64,000 nucleotides of DNA from Candidatus Heimdallarchaeota archaeon (GCA_030603365.1 JAUVXV010000001.1:160001-224000), one strand, 5' to 3'. Counted from the stretch's first letter, positions 17,388-28,395 are shown. Numbers and translations are program-made. Notes: generated from the sequence alone by a model not told the origin.

Positions 17388-18038
17388 ATGAATCCACTTG
17401 ATGAGAAGAAGAATATGAAAATTCTTGATCTCTTAGAAGAACATTATACTAAATTTAGAGGAGGTTTAGCAAACTACTCCTCTCCTTTCCAATTGCTTAT
17501 TGCAACTATTCTAAGTGCACAGAGCACAGATAAACAAGTTAACTCAATTACTAAGAAACTTTTCTCAAATTATCCGGAACCAAGTTCTTTTGCGACAGCA
17601 ACACTAGAGGAAATAGAAAAAGCAATTTCAAAAGTTGGATTGTATAGAAATAAAGCAAAAACGATTTCCATCGTATCAAAAACGATTATCTCTGATTATA
17701 ACTCAGAGGTACCAACATCTCTAGGTGAACTGGTTAAATTGCCAGGAATAGGTCGAAAAACAGCTAATGTCCTTCTTAACGATTGGTTTGAAATCCATGA
17801 TGGGATTGCGGTCGATACACATGTAAAACGCATCTCATATCGATTGGGTTTTACAGAAAAGACTATTCCTGATAAAATCGAATTTGATCTTATGAAGATA
17901 ATCCCACAGGATAAATGGGGACGAATTACTCATCTTTTCATTTCACATGGTAGAGCAATATGTAAAGCTCAGAACCCTAAATGTCAAGAATGCTTTCTGT
18001 TGGAATATTGCCCTAGGGCCGGGGTTGATGTGGATTAA
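17388..18038 (+). CDS. nth: Endonuclease III
   Basis: LLIATILSAQSTD, HhH LPGIGRKTAN, AVDTHV, Fe-S motif C-x6-C-x2-C-x5-C. Confidence 0.96.
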   Translation: MNPLDEKKNMKILDLLEEHYTKFRGGLANYSSPFQLLIATILSAQSTDKQVNSITKKLFSNYPEPSSFATATLEEIEKAISKVGLYRNKAKTISIVSKTIISDYNSEVPTSLGELVKLPGIGRKTANVLLNDWFEIHDGIAVDTHVKRISYRLGFTEKTIPDKIEFDLMKIIPQDKWGRITHLFISHGRAICKAQNPKCQECFLLEYCPRAGVDVD

Positions 18039-18156
18039 TCTATAAAAATACTTCTTTGCCTTTTGTATATTCTTTTTAAGTTGATTTTCTTAACTCTTTA
18101 ATGTAACAAAATTTATGTAGTAAACAACTACCTAGTAAAATCAAGAAAAATAAAGA

Positions 18157-20463
18157 ATGATTAAAATGTCAAAAATTGATATTCTTCCGCCTTTGTTAAC
18201 TCGTATTGGTTTTAGTGAAACTGATATCAAAGTTTATTCAGCTACACTAGGTCTTGGAAAGGTTACAATTGGTGAATTACTTGTTGTAACTGGGATAGAT
18301 CCTTTAACTCTTATTCAATCAGTAAAAAATCTAGAAGAGTTAGGTTTTCTAAAGAAAATAGCGGGTAAAACACCACAATATTTCGGAATGTTACCGTTTC
18401 TTAAGGAATATATAATTATTGAAAAAGATGCTCTTTATTCTCTAGATAGCGTAATTAATGCTCTAAAAGGATCCAAAGAGGAATATAAGCAAAAGAAAAC
18501 AAAATTTGGGGGAACTTTGGAATTAACAGGAGAAGGAACTGTTTTCGATATACATGTGGTCAGTGGTTTAATAAAACAAGTCGTAGATGCATTATCTCAA
18601 AATTATATTGATTATAGTGATCAAGCTGAATCTACAGCTTCTGAATTTGTAGGAGAAAGCTGTGCAGAAATCGAAGGGTATCTGTCGAAAGTGATGGATC
18701 AGCCTTTTGTATTTTCCACACAACTTGAAACATTTGTTCAAGAATTAAATGCTTTTGTTAAGCAATTTCATTATACTGCTAAACAAAATAATGATGTGCT
18801 TATTAAAGCAACAGATGAGAAACTAAAGTCTGCTTTTAGTAACGTTTCACAGATTATTTCAAATGGTTTGGATGCTCACACAGAAAATCACAGTGAGTTT
18901 CTAGAAAAATTGGCACCTGAACTTGATAATGTTCTCAAAGAATTAGTAAATCAAGTGACAAAGACACAAGAGTCTTTTATTGATAATTACAACAACATTT
19001 GGCAAGAAGCTTACAATTCTTGGACTTCAGAATCTAAAAAGGTTATTGAAGAATTATCAAACGAGGTAAATAACCTGTTTTCTGAGCAAATAAAACAAAC
19101 ACAAGAGCTTCGAAGAAGTGTTGAGCAGATTGACAGACAAACAAACTTTCTCTCATCAAAAATCGCCGAGGCAATAAATTCTATTGATACATCAACAGTT
19201 CTAAAATTAGGTAAAGCTCGAAAACAAATTGAATCACCATTGACTGATGCACGTGATACTGTGAGAAATCTAGCAAATGATCTGAATGAAAGTGGATTAC
19301 AACTAATAGATCAGCATGTTCTTTCACTAAACGATGTTAGAGATGCAATTCGTTCAAAGTTGGATCGTTTCCAAATTGCTGGTGAAACTACAATAAGAAC
19401 AAAGAAAAACGAACTTACTGATACCACAATTGAAAAAATAGACTTATTACCAAGTGAATTGCTTGAATTAATCCAAACTCAAGTTGAGAAATATGCTTCT
19501 TCTTCATATGATTCATGTTTAGAAGTCACTGAACAACTCAAACAAACCACAAATGAACAAATTTCTTCTACAAAAGAACAAATCTTACAAGATTTCGGTT
19601 CTCATGATGTTGGAAAGACTCAGATAATTGATAAAATTCAGAATGACACAATAAAGGAGCTAGAAAAATCACAACAAGATGTTGAAAAAATGGGTCTTGA
19701 ATTGAAAGAGAAAATTCAAAACTCTTTAGACATGTTCAAACAACGAACTACAGATAAGCAAAACCAACTGGCAACGCAGTTAACTGATGCAAAACAACAT
19801 CTGAAGGATTACAAGGATGAACAAAAAGATCAGATTGTCAAACAGATAACTGACGGTGAAGAAATACAAATTAACACACTAGTATCCCAAGTTGCATCTG
19901 TAATTAAAGATGTAGATGAAATTCTGGTGTCACAACTCGATTCACTTATGGCAAAAGCTATGACCTTTTATCAAGTTATTAATACTCGAGAGGATGAACT
20001 TCGGCAAATAGATACTGCCGCATCATCCTATTCCTTGGAAGGGCAATATAATACATCAATTATTGTTGGCGAGGAAGCAATCAAAGCAAGTATAACTGAT
20101 ATCGCCATGCGATCCAAATATGAACTTCTTCTTGTTACACCTGATGTTGATGAAGATCTTCTTAAAGAAATGATGCAATATACAAAAGCACAAAGGATTA
20201 CATTAGTCTCTTATTTTGATAAAAGGCATCAGCCTCTTCTTAGACCTCTTGCAGAAAGGTTTACTGGATTGAAACTTAAGCATTATGAAAAGAAGGATGT
20301 ATATTGTGCAATATTAGATGGAAATCATGAAGCTATCTTTGCTTTCTTAACTTCTGAAGGTGTTCCCATTGCTATCAGAACCACAAATGATTTGCTTTTA
20401 GGTCTCTTCAAATCTGCAATAAACAGAGATGTATTATTCCATTCAAGCGATGTAGAAGTCTAA
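18157..20463 (+). CDS. TrmB-like winged helix + long alpha-helical/coiled-coil region + PLD-like C-terminal domain
   Basis: GFSETDIKVY..LEELGFL N-terminus; about 530 aa of Q/E/K/L-rich helix; AKYELLLVTP-type strand (SKYELLLVTPD) and YCAILDGNHEAIF. Confidence 0.6.
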   Translation: MIKMSKIDILPPLLTRIGFSETDIKVYSATLGLGKVTIGELLVVTGIDPLTLIQSVKNLEELGFLKKIAGKTPQYFGMLPFLKEYIIIEKDALYSLDSVINALKGSKEEYKQKKTKFGGTLELTGEGTVFDIHVVSGLIKQVVDALSQNYIDYSDQAESTASEFVGESCAEIEGYLSKVMDQPFVFSTQLETFVQELNAFVKQFHYTAKQNNDVLIKATDEKLKSAFSNVSQIISNGLDAHTENHSEFLEKLAPELDNVLKELVNQVTKTQESFIDNYNNIWQEAYNSWTSESKKVIEELSNEVNNLFSEQIKQTQELRRSVEQIDRQTNFLSSKIAEAINSIDTSTVLKLGKARKQIESPLTDARDTVRNLANDLNESGLQLIDQHVLSLNDVRDAIRSKLDRFQIAGETTIRTKKNELTDTTIEKIDLLPSELLELIQTQVEKYASSSYDSCLEVTEQLKQTTNEQISSTKEQILQDFGSHDVGKTQIIDKIQNDTIKELEKSQQDVEKMGLELKEKIQNSLDMFKQRTTDKQNQLATQLTDAKQHLKDYKDEQKDQIVKQITDGEEIQINTLVSQVASVIKDVDEILVSQLDSLMAKAMTFYQVINTREDELRQIDTAASSYSLEGQYNTSIIVGEEAIKASITDIAMRSKYELLLVTPDVDEDLLKEMMQYTKAQRITLVSYFDKRHQPLLRPLAERFTGLKLKHYEKKDVYCAILDGNHEAIFAFLTSEGVPIAIRTTNDLLLGLFKSAINRDVLFHSSDVEV

Positions 20464-20513
20464 TTTAACTTCTCTTTTTTCTCTTTTTATCAAATAAAGA
20501 ATTGTTGATTTAT

Positions 20514-20759
20514 CTAATCAACATAAAATTTGCATGATCGCATATCAAGTAAATGAGGAAGTTTTTGTATTAATTCCGCACGTACTAAAAGTTTTAGTCC
20601 ATGACGAACAGTTCTTGGTGCTAAGCTGCACAAATCTACAATTTCACTGCTAGTGATAGGTCCTTTTCCAATGACTATCTTATAAATTGTCACAGCACTA
20701 GGTGGTAAACCAGTTAAAAGACCTTGATTTATAGTCGGATTTTCCAAAGCTACTGCCAC
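20514..20759 (-). CDS. Small winged-helix DNA-binding protein (Lrs14/MarR-like)
   Basis: LPPSA..IY..GPIT..EI..LAPRTVRHGLKLL..D.R. Confidence 0.75.
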   Translation of the reverse strand: MAVALENPTINQGLLTGLPPSAVTIYKIVIGKGPITSSEIVDLCSLAPRTVRHGLKLLVRAELIQKLPHLLDMRSCKFYVD

Positions 20760-21285
20760 TTAAATCATTTCCTTGCTTGGTTAACAACAATCGACAAGTT
20801 CTCTTTTTAAACTTATTTAAAATTGGTTTCAAGTAAGACTCTTGATTTGTTGAATTTCAAGCCTTTTTCACTAATTTTTAAGCTCCCAAGACAAACATAC
20901 AAAAAAAACATAATCTTTTCGTGTGAGTTTATATTTTTGCACTTTATCTTTCTAATTTGCTTCTGAGATAATTCAGGGAATTGTGTCTCCTATACAATTC
21001 TTCTGATTTTTCTCAAATTCACTTTTTTTTAGCAATAACATGTATGATTTATATTTATTTTTTTATTAAAGAAACATGAGAATTCTTTAATTCTAACTAA
21101 TATACATCTGTTATTTAATATGAAATTCTATTACAAAAATATGAGTAACTAACGAAAAAATAACCGTGAAATTTAATTTGTTTAGTTTTTTGCCGAAACT
21201 AACAGATTATCTGGACGTAATATATCGAAATATTTGAAAATAGTTTGTGGTGAAAATATAATCTAATATGAATACAGATAATATT

Positions 21286-21945
21286 CTAAGTAGAGCTTTC
21301 CTTGAATTTAGCAGCTAATAAATGAGCATATTGTTGGGGTATAGGTAATTTAAAATTGTTTGAACGTAGCTCTTTGATAACATTATAAGAAGATTCAAAG
21401 GAGATCTTATTACCTGGAGAAATATAAATTGGATTCCACTTTTTTGTGAAACGTTGCCTGAATCCCACATGCTTTTGATAGAGATAAATTTTATCGAGAT
21501 TGCTCTGATTGGTATCTTTATAGGTAAATGATTTCAAAGGTTTTTTAGCTACACCAATAGTTGGCATATCTGTAATAACACCAAAAATCGTTGCTGACCC
21601 TGCTACCCTTGGATGTGCAATACCATGACCATCAATTATGATAACATCGGGTATAACTGATAGCTTATCGAATAAAGATAGAAAAGAGGGAACTTCTCTT
21701 AAGAAAAGGTATGTTGGTATATACGGGAATTTCACTGTTTCCTTAACAGTTGTCTCTTCAATAATTTTTCTTTCTCTAAAATCATAAATAATTCCCGCTG
21801 CAAAAGCGTTATTCTTTTTGTAAGCTATATCAAAAGCTCCAACTGTTTTTATCTCAGAAAAATCATCTGTGAGTAACACTTTCTCTGCTAAAATTTCCTG
21901 ATATTTTCTCGCTTCTTTAATATTTGTTGGAAATTTCCTTGTCAT
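21286..21945 (-). CDS. nfi: Endonuclease V
   Basis: GAFDIAY, FPYIPTYLFLRE, IIDGHGIAHPR, TIGVAK, PIYISPG; ATG 21945 follows GGAGG. Confidence 0.94.
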   Translation of the reverse strand: MTRKFPTNIKEARKYQEILAEKVLLTDDFSEIKTVGAFDIAYKKNNAFAAGIIYDFRERKIIEETTVKETVKFPYIPTYLFLREVPSFLSLFDKLSVIPDVIIIDGHGIAHPRVAGSATIFGVITDMPTIGVAKKPLKSFTYKDTNQSNLDKIYLYQKHVGFRQRFTKKWNPIYISPGNKISFESSYNVIKELRSNNFKLPIPQQYAHLLAAKFKESST

Positions 21946-21982
21946 TTTTTTATTCCTCCAAATATGAAAATGTGAATATTGA

Positions 21983-23599
21983 TTATTCATTACAATCTAT
22001 TTCTTGATTATATCTTTTATAAGCTGCAATTAAAGCATTTTTCTGAGGTACTTTGAGTATATTATCCCAAGGTAGAGAGTCTTCAGTCTTGTATTTCCAA
22101 ACAGCTTCTTGGTCCAAATTACTATCACTTTGTTTCAATACTTTTTTCCAATTTCCGATTGTATTTCCTAACTCTGATACTTTTTTTACTACTGGGAAAT
22201 ATTCCGAACCTCTCAGAGATAAGATTCTTTGTATAATTGCCCATTCAGGACCGTATAATGATACTTGTACATTCTTTATTTGATATAATTGGCTGCGATA
22301 CCATTTCTGTAGTAGTTTGGAATCTTTTACAGGAATCATTGGTGAAAACTGTAATGGAGTTTGTGCTTTTGTAATGAATTGATTCATAGATATGTTTATC
22401 TTGCCTGTTGGAAAATGATTTTTTCTGATTTGTGAGATAAAATCTTCTGTTAAATCCTTAGTTTCTAGAGGCTCACAGGGAAAACCATAGATCATATAGA
22501 GTTTTAGTTGTCTGAACCCTGCTTCCCAAGAGAGTTTTAGTGCTTCAAAAATTGATTCATCAGTCATCCTTTTGTTTAAAGCTAATCGTAGCCTCTCATC
22601 ACCAGTTTCAGGAGCCAAAGCTAGGGTTCTTTGCTTTCCCTTCTTTAATGCCTTAAGCAATCCTTCCGTTAAATAATCTGTTCTGATAGAAGAACATGAA
22701 ACTTGATAGTTTTTGGATACAATGTGTTCAATTAAATCTTCAAGATCATCAGACTGAGCAATTGCACTCCCATAAAGAACAACCTTATCGAAATCGTTAA
22801 CTTCACTTGCTTTATCTATAATCTTAATCAATGAATCTAAATCTCTAGAAGCTCTTGGAAAACGACAATGGCCCACAAAACAGAACATACATCTTTCGGA
22901 ACATCCCCTATCTGTTTCTAGATAAAATGATTTGCCAAAAATGGGTTCATTCTTTGTTCCTTTAACACCTTCTGGAATAATTTGTTTAATTGGGTAGAAC
23001 CCCTTTGAAAGATTTTTCAGTTTAACACTCTGTTTAGATTCTCCTATCCACTTTCCTTTATTATCATAATGGTGACCATATGCAATAATTCCTCGAACTG
23101 ATGCCAGTTCATCCCTCCTACCTTTCTTATTTTCATTTTGAAGCGCAATCATGAATTCATCAATAATTGGTTCAATATCTCCTAGAAAGAACGCATCTCC
23201 TAAAAACAAAACAGGAAAAGGATTGGCAGTTACAGAAGGACCCCCGCAAATGATGATTGGATCATCTTCTTTTCGTTTACGAATGTCGGGCTCAATTCCC
23301 CCTTTGATTAGTAATTCAATAGCTTGAATATAATCATGTTCAAATTGGCATGAAATTGCTAGAACATCAAAATCGGAAAGACTTTTCTGGTTCTCTAGAG
23401 AATAGGGTGCAATGTTTGGATTTAAAGGCTTGAAAATGCGTTCGCAAATGAAATTTTCCCAACTATTGAAAAGAAAATAAAGCAATTGAACTCCTAAACT
23501 GGTCATTGCTACTCTGTAAGTGTTTGGATACACTAATCCAATCTTTATCTTCTCTGGGGTCCAAGATTTTCTAATGGCATTCTGTTCTTTAATCTGCAT
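21983..23599 (-). CDS. Radical SAM protein (YgiQ/UPF0313-like, B12-binding-like N-terminus)
   Basis: GLVYPNTY..MTSLG, GGPSVTANP, RGCSERCMFC (CxxxCxxC), LAPETG, LKLYMIYGFP. Confidence 0.85.
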   Translation of the reverse strand: MQIKEQNAIRKSWTPEKIKIGLVYPNTYRVAMTSLGVQLLYFLFNSWENFICERIFKPLNPNIAPYSLENQKSLSDFDVLAISCQFEHDYIQAIELLIKGGIEPDIRKRKEDDPIIICGGPSVTANPFPVLFLGDAFFLGDIEPIIDEFMIALQNENKKGRRDELASVRGIIAYGHHYDNKGKWIGESKQSVKLKNLSKGFYPIKQIIPEGVKGTKNEPIFGKSFYLETDRGCSERCMFCFVGHCRFPRASRDLDSLIKIIDKASEVNDFDKVVLYGSAIAQSDDLEDLIEHIVSKNYQVSCSSIRTDYLTEGLLKALKKGKQRTLALAPETGDERLRLALNKRMTDESIFEALKLSWEAGFRQLKLYMIYGFPCEPLETKDLTEDFISQIRKNHFPTGKINISMNQFITKAQTPLQFSPMIPVKDSKLLQKWYRSQLYQIKNVQVSLYGPEWAIIQRILSLRGSEYFPVVKKVSELGNTIGNWKKVLKQSDSNLDQEAVWKYKTEDSLPWDNILKVPQKNALIAAYKRYNQEIDCNE

Positions 23600-24890
23600 C
23601 TTTTCTTTTCCTTCTCAAAGTATAATTTTGTGTTCCGAAATATATTGATTCAGCAGGTACATTTTCGTTTATTATTGTACCTGCCCCTATCCAGGAATTA
23701 TGACCTATTTTTATTCCTGGCATTATTAAAACACCAATACCTGTTTCAACACCTTCACCAACAATCGCACCCAGCTTTCTTTTACCACTATCTTCCCTTT
23801 TTTCTTTGATAATTACTGGTATGCTTTTCTTATCCAATCGTAGATTTGCTGTAATAGTTCCAGCACCAAAATTGCAGTTTTCATCAATTATTGAATCACC
23901 AATATAAGATAAGTGTGCAGCATGCGTATTGTCTCCTAGAATTGAATTCTTAATTTCACAACCGTTCCCTACTCTTGATTTCTTTCCGAAATAAGAGTAT
24001 TTTCTGATATAGCAGTTTGGACCTATATCTGATCCTTCATCAAAGAATGCTGGACCCTCAATGTATGTGCCACTTCGTAAAATAGCATTCTTTTTCAGGA
24101 TTATTTTACCTTTTATTTGAACATTGTTTTCAATTGTTCCTTCAATTTCTTCTTCGATTCGGGATAGAAGTGTCTTTGTTGCCTCTGATAGGGACCAAGG
24201 ACGACCAAGATCAAACCAATAGTCATCTTCTTCTAACTTTACCAAACGCTTCTTATACTGATTATCTTCCAGTAGAATATTTACTGCATCTGGTATCTCA
24301 TATTCTCCTCTAGGTGAGATTTCATTATTCTCCTCTTGTTCCATGAGAATTTTGAATATATCCTTGTTTAGTGAATAGATCCCTATGTTTGCAAAACCTT
24401 CTGATATTTCACCATTGCTTGGTTTTTCAATTATTCTTCTTGGTATTCCTTCCTTCTCTTCCAGTATTATACCAAAATTTTCAATATCTTTAGTGAGTTT
24501 TCCACCAACAGAAATAATACCTTCCTTAGCAGCTGCAACCGTTTGTGTAATTAGGGATTCTGAATACAAACAATCACCATTAACACCAATAAAGTAATTT
24601 TCTGATATATGGCTCTTGGCTAGAAGAAGCGCATTCCCAGTGCCTTTAATTTCTTCTTGATGAACATAAGAAATATCTGCAGTTGGAAAATGATTAGCTA
24701 AGAAGCTTTTGATTTTTTCTTCCAAATAATTTGTAACAATAACAAACGAATTTACATCACTTCTGAGAAAAGAATCAATTAATCTTTTCAAAATAGGTAC
24801 TCCTAAGACTTTCAGGAGAGGTTTTGGGACATTATCTGTTAAAGGTCGTAACCTTACTCCTTCTCCAGCAGCTAGTATGACAGCTTTCAT
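23589..24890 (-). CDS. glmU: Bifunctional sugar-1-phosphate nucleotidylyltransferase/acetyltransferase
   Basis: AVILAAGEGVRLRPLT..PKPL, EKP, SPRGEYE, hexapeptide repeats, HLSYIGDS, NFGAGT. Confidence 0.88.
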   Translation of the reverse strand: MKAVILAAGEGVRLRPLTDNVPKPLLKVLGVPILKRLIDSFLRSDVNSFVIVTNYLEEKIKSFLANHFPTADISYVHQEEIKGTGNALLLAKSHISENYFIGVNGDCLYSESLITQTVAAAKEGIISVGGKLTKDIENFGIILEEKEGIPRRIIEKPSNGEISEGFANIGIYSLNKDIFKILMEQEENNEISPRGEYEIPDAVNILLEDNQYKKRLVKLEEDDYWFDLGRPWSLSEATKTLLSRIEEEIEGTIENNVQIKGKIILKKNAILRSGTYIEGPAFFDEGSDIGPNCYIRKYSYFGKKSRVGNGCEIKNSILGDNTHAAHLSYIGDSIIDENCNFGAGTITANLRLDKKSIPVIIKEKREDSGKRKLGAIVGEGVETGIGVLIMPGIKIGHNSWIGAGTIINENVPAESIYFGTQNYTLRRKRKDAD

Positions 24891-24917
24891 TCGTTATTGT
24901 CACCTTTGAAAAGTGGT

Positions 24918-25259
24918 TTACACTTCAAAAACTTCTTCATCAACAGTCTCTTCAACGGCAGATATTCTTGTTTTTCTTATATCATTTATACTCTTAATTA
25001 GATCATGAGCTTTTTCGTTATTGAAAATATCTTTGAATGCTACCCACTGTTCAAGAGAAGTGATGAATAGACCTTTACCTCTTCTTTTCAAAGGAATTCC
25101 TTCTTCATTTACTGGAATAATCTCTAGTCCAAAACTATCTTCATCACCTTTACTTGGTAATTTTACAATAGTTACACCTAATACGCTTGTTTTTTTCTTA
25201 TCCCAATCTTTCATTTCTTTACCAAAATCTTTCAATCGATCTACTAAACCTGATGTCAT
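24918..25259 (-). CDS. Conserved archaeal-type hypothetical protein
   Basis: Coherent ORF (MKDW..VKLP..LEIIP..KRRG) co-oriented with and just upstream of glmU. Confidence 0.6.
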   Translation of the reverse strand: MTSGLVDRLKDFGKEMKDWDKKKTSVLGVTIVKLPSKGDEDSFGLEIIPVNEEGIPLKRRGKGLFITSLEQWVAFKDIFNNEKAHDLIKSINDIRKTRISAVEETVDEEVFEV

Positions 25260-25384
25260 AAGCTTTCACTGAAGATAAACAGTTAATTTAATTTTTAAAC
25301 CCTCCCCTCTTTGAGGTTCTAGTATAAAGAATACTCATCTAGCAAGGAATCCATTTAAAAAATACTATGAAAGAGATTAATTAG

Positions 25385-26602
25385 ATGAATTACGCGATTA
25401 AGAATGGGAAAATTTACACAGTAAATAAAAATGAAACTGTAATTGATAAAGGAACTATCCTGATTAAAGACGGGAAAATTGAAAATATAAATGAAGGAGA
25501 CTCCACAATACCTGAAGGTTATGAAGTAATTGAAGCAGAAGGAAAATATGTTTTTCCTGGTTTTATAGATACTCATACTCACCAAGGTCTTTTTGATGGT
25601 AGTATAGGTTGGGCTGGATTTGATGGAAATGAAATGACTGATCCAACAACTGCCTATGTAAGAGCACTAGATGCAATCAATCCTGAGGATCCTGGGCTTG
25701 AGGAAGCTAGAATGGGTGGTGTAACAACGATTCAAACAGGTCCTGGAAGTGGAAATGTCATCGGTGGAACTGATACAATAATTAAAACATTTAGTAAAAG
25801 CAAAATATTAGACGAAATGATTGTTAAAACACCTTCTTCAATGAAAGCTGCTCTGGGAGAAAATCCTAAGAGAGTGTATGGAACTGACAAAAAGCAACCC
25901 TCTACACGTATGGGTACTGCAGCAATATTTCGTAAAGCATTTGTTGATGCCCAGAACTACGAGAAGAAATGGAAAGATTATGAAAATAAAAAGAAATACG
26001 CAGAAGAAAAAAATGAATTAGATAAGATACCTTCTGAACCTGAAAGAGATATTGGTAAAGAAGTGTTAGTTAAAGTGCTAAACAAAGAAATTCCTTTGAA
26101 TTTCCATTGTCATCAAGCTAATGATATTCAAACCGCCATTCGTTTGTCAGAAGAATTTGATATTGATCTTATGCTTGTTCATGCTACTGAAGGACACAAG
26201 ATTGCTGATTACATAGCAAAGAAAGGTGTTCCTGTTTCTGTTGGTCCCTCTCTTGTAGGTTTCGAAAAAGTAGAGCTTCGCAATATATCTTTTGAGACAC
26301 CTGCAATTCTTTGGAAAGCTGGTGTTAAGATTTCAATTCAAAGTGATTCTTTTACTCGATTAAAGCATTTCCAAGTTTTACCTTGTATGGCAATAAAATA
26401 TGGTCTTCCTGTTAATGAGGCACTTAAGGCTATAACAATTAATGCTGCAGAGATGATAGGTGTTGGAGATCGTTTAGGTAGTATTGAAGTAGGTAAGGAT
26501 GCCGATATTGTAATTTGGTCAAAACACCCATTAGAAGACTTCTATGCTGAAAATCAAATCACTCTCATAAATGGTGAAATCGCACATAAGAAAGAAGAAT
26601 AG
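25385..26602 (+). CDS. Amidohydrolase-family metalloenzyme
   Basis: PGFIDTHTH, GGVTT, KAALGENPK, HCH, HATEG, ITINAA..GSIEVGKDADIVIW. Confidence 0.9.
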   Translation: MNYAIKNGKIYTVNKNETVIDKGTILIKDGKIENINEGDSTIPEGYEVIEAEGKYVFPGFIDTHTHQGLFDGSIGWAGFDGNEMTDPTTAYVRALDAINPEDPGLEEARMGGVTTIQTGPGSGNVIGGTDTIIKTFSKSKILDEMIVKTPSSMKAALGENPKRVYGTDKKQPSTRMGTAAIFRKAFVDAQNYEKKWKDYENKKKYAEEKNELDKIPSEPERDIGKEVLVKVLNKEIPLNFHCHQANDIQTAIRLSEEFDIDLMLVHATEGHKIADYIAKKGVPVSVGPSLVGFEKVELRNISFETPAILWKAGVKISIQSDSFTRLKHFQVLPCMAIKYGLPVNEALKAITINAAEMIGVGDRLGSIEVGKDADIVIWSKHPLEDFYAENQITLINGEIAHKKEE

Positions 26603-26684
26603 GACTGTTTCTTCTTTCTCCAACTTTCTTTTTTTCCTTTAAATTTAATGAAAAAACAGCAATTAAGTTTTATTACAGAACAAA

Positions 26685-27038
26685 TTAAAATCTTTCATAA
26701 TATCCGGGTTTTCTATGCTCACCAAAGGATTCCAGTCCTTCATCCTTAAGTTGTCTTTTTAGTTCTTTTGCATAATCTTCGGTAATATCTCCCTTGTTAA
26801 ACATATACTCAATTATTTCAAATGCCTCGTCTTCCGTAGAGCAACGGCAAATGAAATCTATTGCACTTGGAGTATGACCTTTAAATTTTCTCAATAATTT
26901 TGAACCAGTAGTAGTTCTTATTTCTTCTTCCTCTAGTATCTGTTCTCCTTCTGACAATTCTTTAATAATTGATGGAAAATGTTCTCGGAAGTTGTCTTCG
27001 TTATCTTCTGATTCTATAGGCTGTTTCTTTTTTCCCAT
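26685..27038 (-). CDS. DUF2095-like protein
   Basis: FREHFP, P.AIDFICRC.TEDEA.EII.YM, GLESFG..KPGYY. Confidence 0.75.
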   Translation of the reverse strand: MGKKKQPIESEDNEDNFREHFPSIIKELSEGEQILEEEEIRTTTGSKLLRKFKGHTPSAIDFICRCSTEDEAFEIIEYMFNKGDITEDYAKELKRQLKDEGLESFGEHRKPGYYERF

Positions 27039-27151
27039 GAGGTTCTTCTGAATTATTCCCTAAAAAAGATTAGGTTTTCATAGCAATATAAGTAGTAAAG
27101 AATCAGTTTGTATCCAAAAAGTCTTTATTTCTGAACTCCACCTACGCACTG

Positions 27152-28351
27152 ATGTTAGTAGGAATAGTGGGTAAACCAAGTTGTGGCAAGAGTACTTTTC
27201 TTAATGCTTTGACAATGGTAAATGCAAAAGTTGGTGATTACCCTTTTACAACAACAAAACCAAATCGAGGTACAGCTTACGTTAGCAGTCCTTGTGTGTG
27301 TAAGAAATACGATGTTATAGATAATCCAAAGAACTCTCTATGTGAAGATGGAATACGTTATCTTCCAATTAGTTTTTTAGATGTCGCTGGACTAGTTCCA
27401 GGGGCTTCAGAAGGTAGAGGGATGGGGAATCAATTTCTCGATGATTTACGGCAAGCTGATGTTCTAATTCATGTCATAGACGCCAGTGGTTCTCTTGATG
27501 CAGAAGGTAATCAAATAGATAAAGGCAGTTGGGATCCTTTGAAAGATGTTAGTTTTCTAGAGGAAGAAATAGATGCTTGGATTAAATCTATAATCATGCG
27601 AGACTATGTAGCAATGATGAAAAAAGCAGCAGCAGAAAAACTTCGCTTTTCTGTTTTATTACATGACAAACTAACTGGGCTAGCAATTAAGAAACATCTG
27701 ATTGAAGCATCGATACGAGAAGTAGGAATTATTGATGATGATTTCAATACTTGGGATGAGAATATTGATGCTCTCATAACAACCATTCGAAGAAAATCTA
27801 AACCCATTGTTATTGTAGCGAATAAAATCGATCAACCTACTTCAGAAGAGCATTTTACAAAACTACAAGACAAACTCGATATCACTGTGTTTCCAGTCTC
27901 TGCTTTAGCAGAAGTTTTTCTGAGAACTGAACAAGAAGCTCACACAATCAAATACAAACAGGGTGATTCAGACTTCACTATAATTGATGATGATAATTTA
28001 GGAGATAGTAAAAAACAGCTTCTTAAGAAAATAAAAACTGATTTGTTGGATAAATATGGATCAACAGGAGTTCAAGATGTTTTATCAAATGTAGTATTCG
28101 ATTTACTTAATATGATTGTAGTTTATCCTGTTGAAGATGTTTCAAAACTTTCGGATAAATCAGGAAACATTCTGCCTGATGCATATTTGGTTCCTAAAGG
28201 TACAACAGCCATTGAATTAGCAGGAAAAGTACATACAGATTTTGCAAAAAATTTCATACATGGTACATTAGCTCCATCAGGAAGACGAGTAGGAGCAGAT
28301 TATGAACTTCAAAATGATGATATAATAAAAATAGTCTCTGCTGCCAAATAA
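27152..28351 (+). CDS. Obg/YchF-family translation-associated GTPase with TGS domain
   Basis: GIVGKPSCGKST, YPFTT, DVAGLVPGA.EGRGMGNQFL, ANKID, C-terminal TGS. Confidence 0.92.
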   Translation: MLVGIVGKPSCGKSTFLNALTMVNAKVGDYPFTTTKPNRGTAYVSSPCVCKKYDVIDNPKNSLCEDGIRYLPISFLDVAGLVPGASEGRGMGNQFLDDLRQADVLIHVIDASGSLDAEGNQIDKGSWDPLKDVSFLEEEIDAWIKSIIMRDYVAMMKKAAAEKLRFSVLLHDKLTGLAIKKHLIEASIREVGIIDDDFNTWDENIDALITTIRRKSKPIVIVANKIDQPTSEEHFTKLQDKLDITVFPVSALAEVFLRTEQEAHTIKYKQGDSDFTIIDDDNLGDSKKQLLKKIKTDLLDKYGSTGVQDVLSNVVFDLLNMIVVYPVEDVSKLSDKSGNILPDAYLVPKGTTAIELAGKVHTDFAKNFIHGTLAPSGRRVGADYELQNDDIIKIVSAAK

Positions 28352-28395
28352 AGCACTACAAAGAATAAAAAAAAAGTAGATAATTGAGACTTAAA

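Noticed and set aside
20760-21285. Replication origin
   Set aside because: AT-rich, but no ORB-like repeats and no orc1/cdc6 gene nearby.
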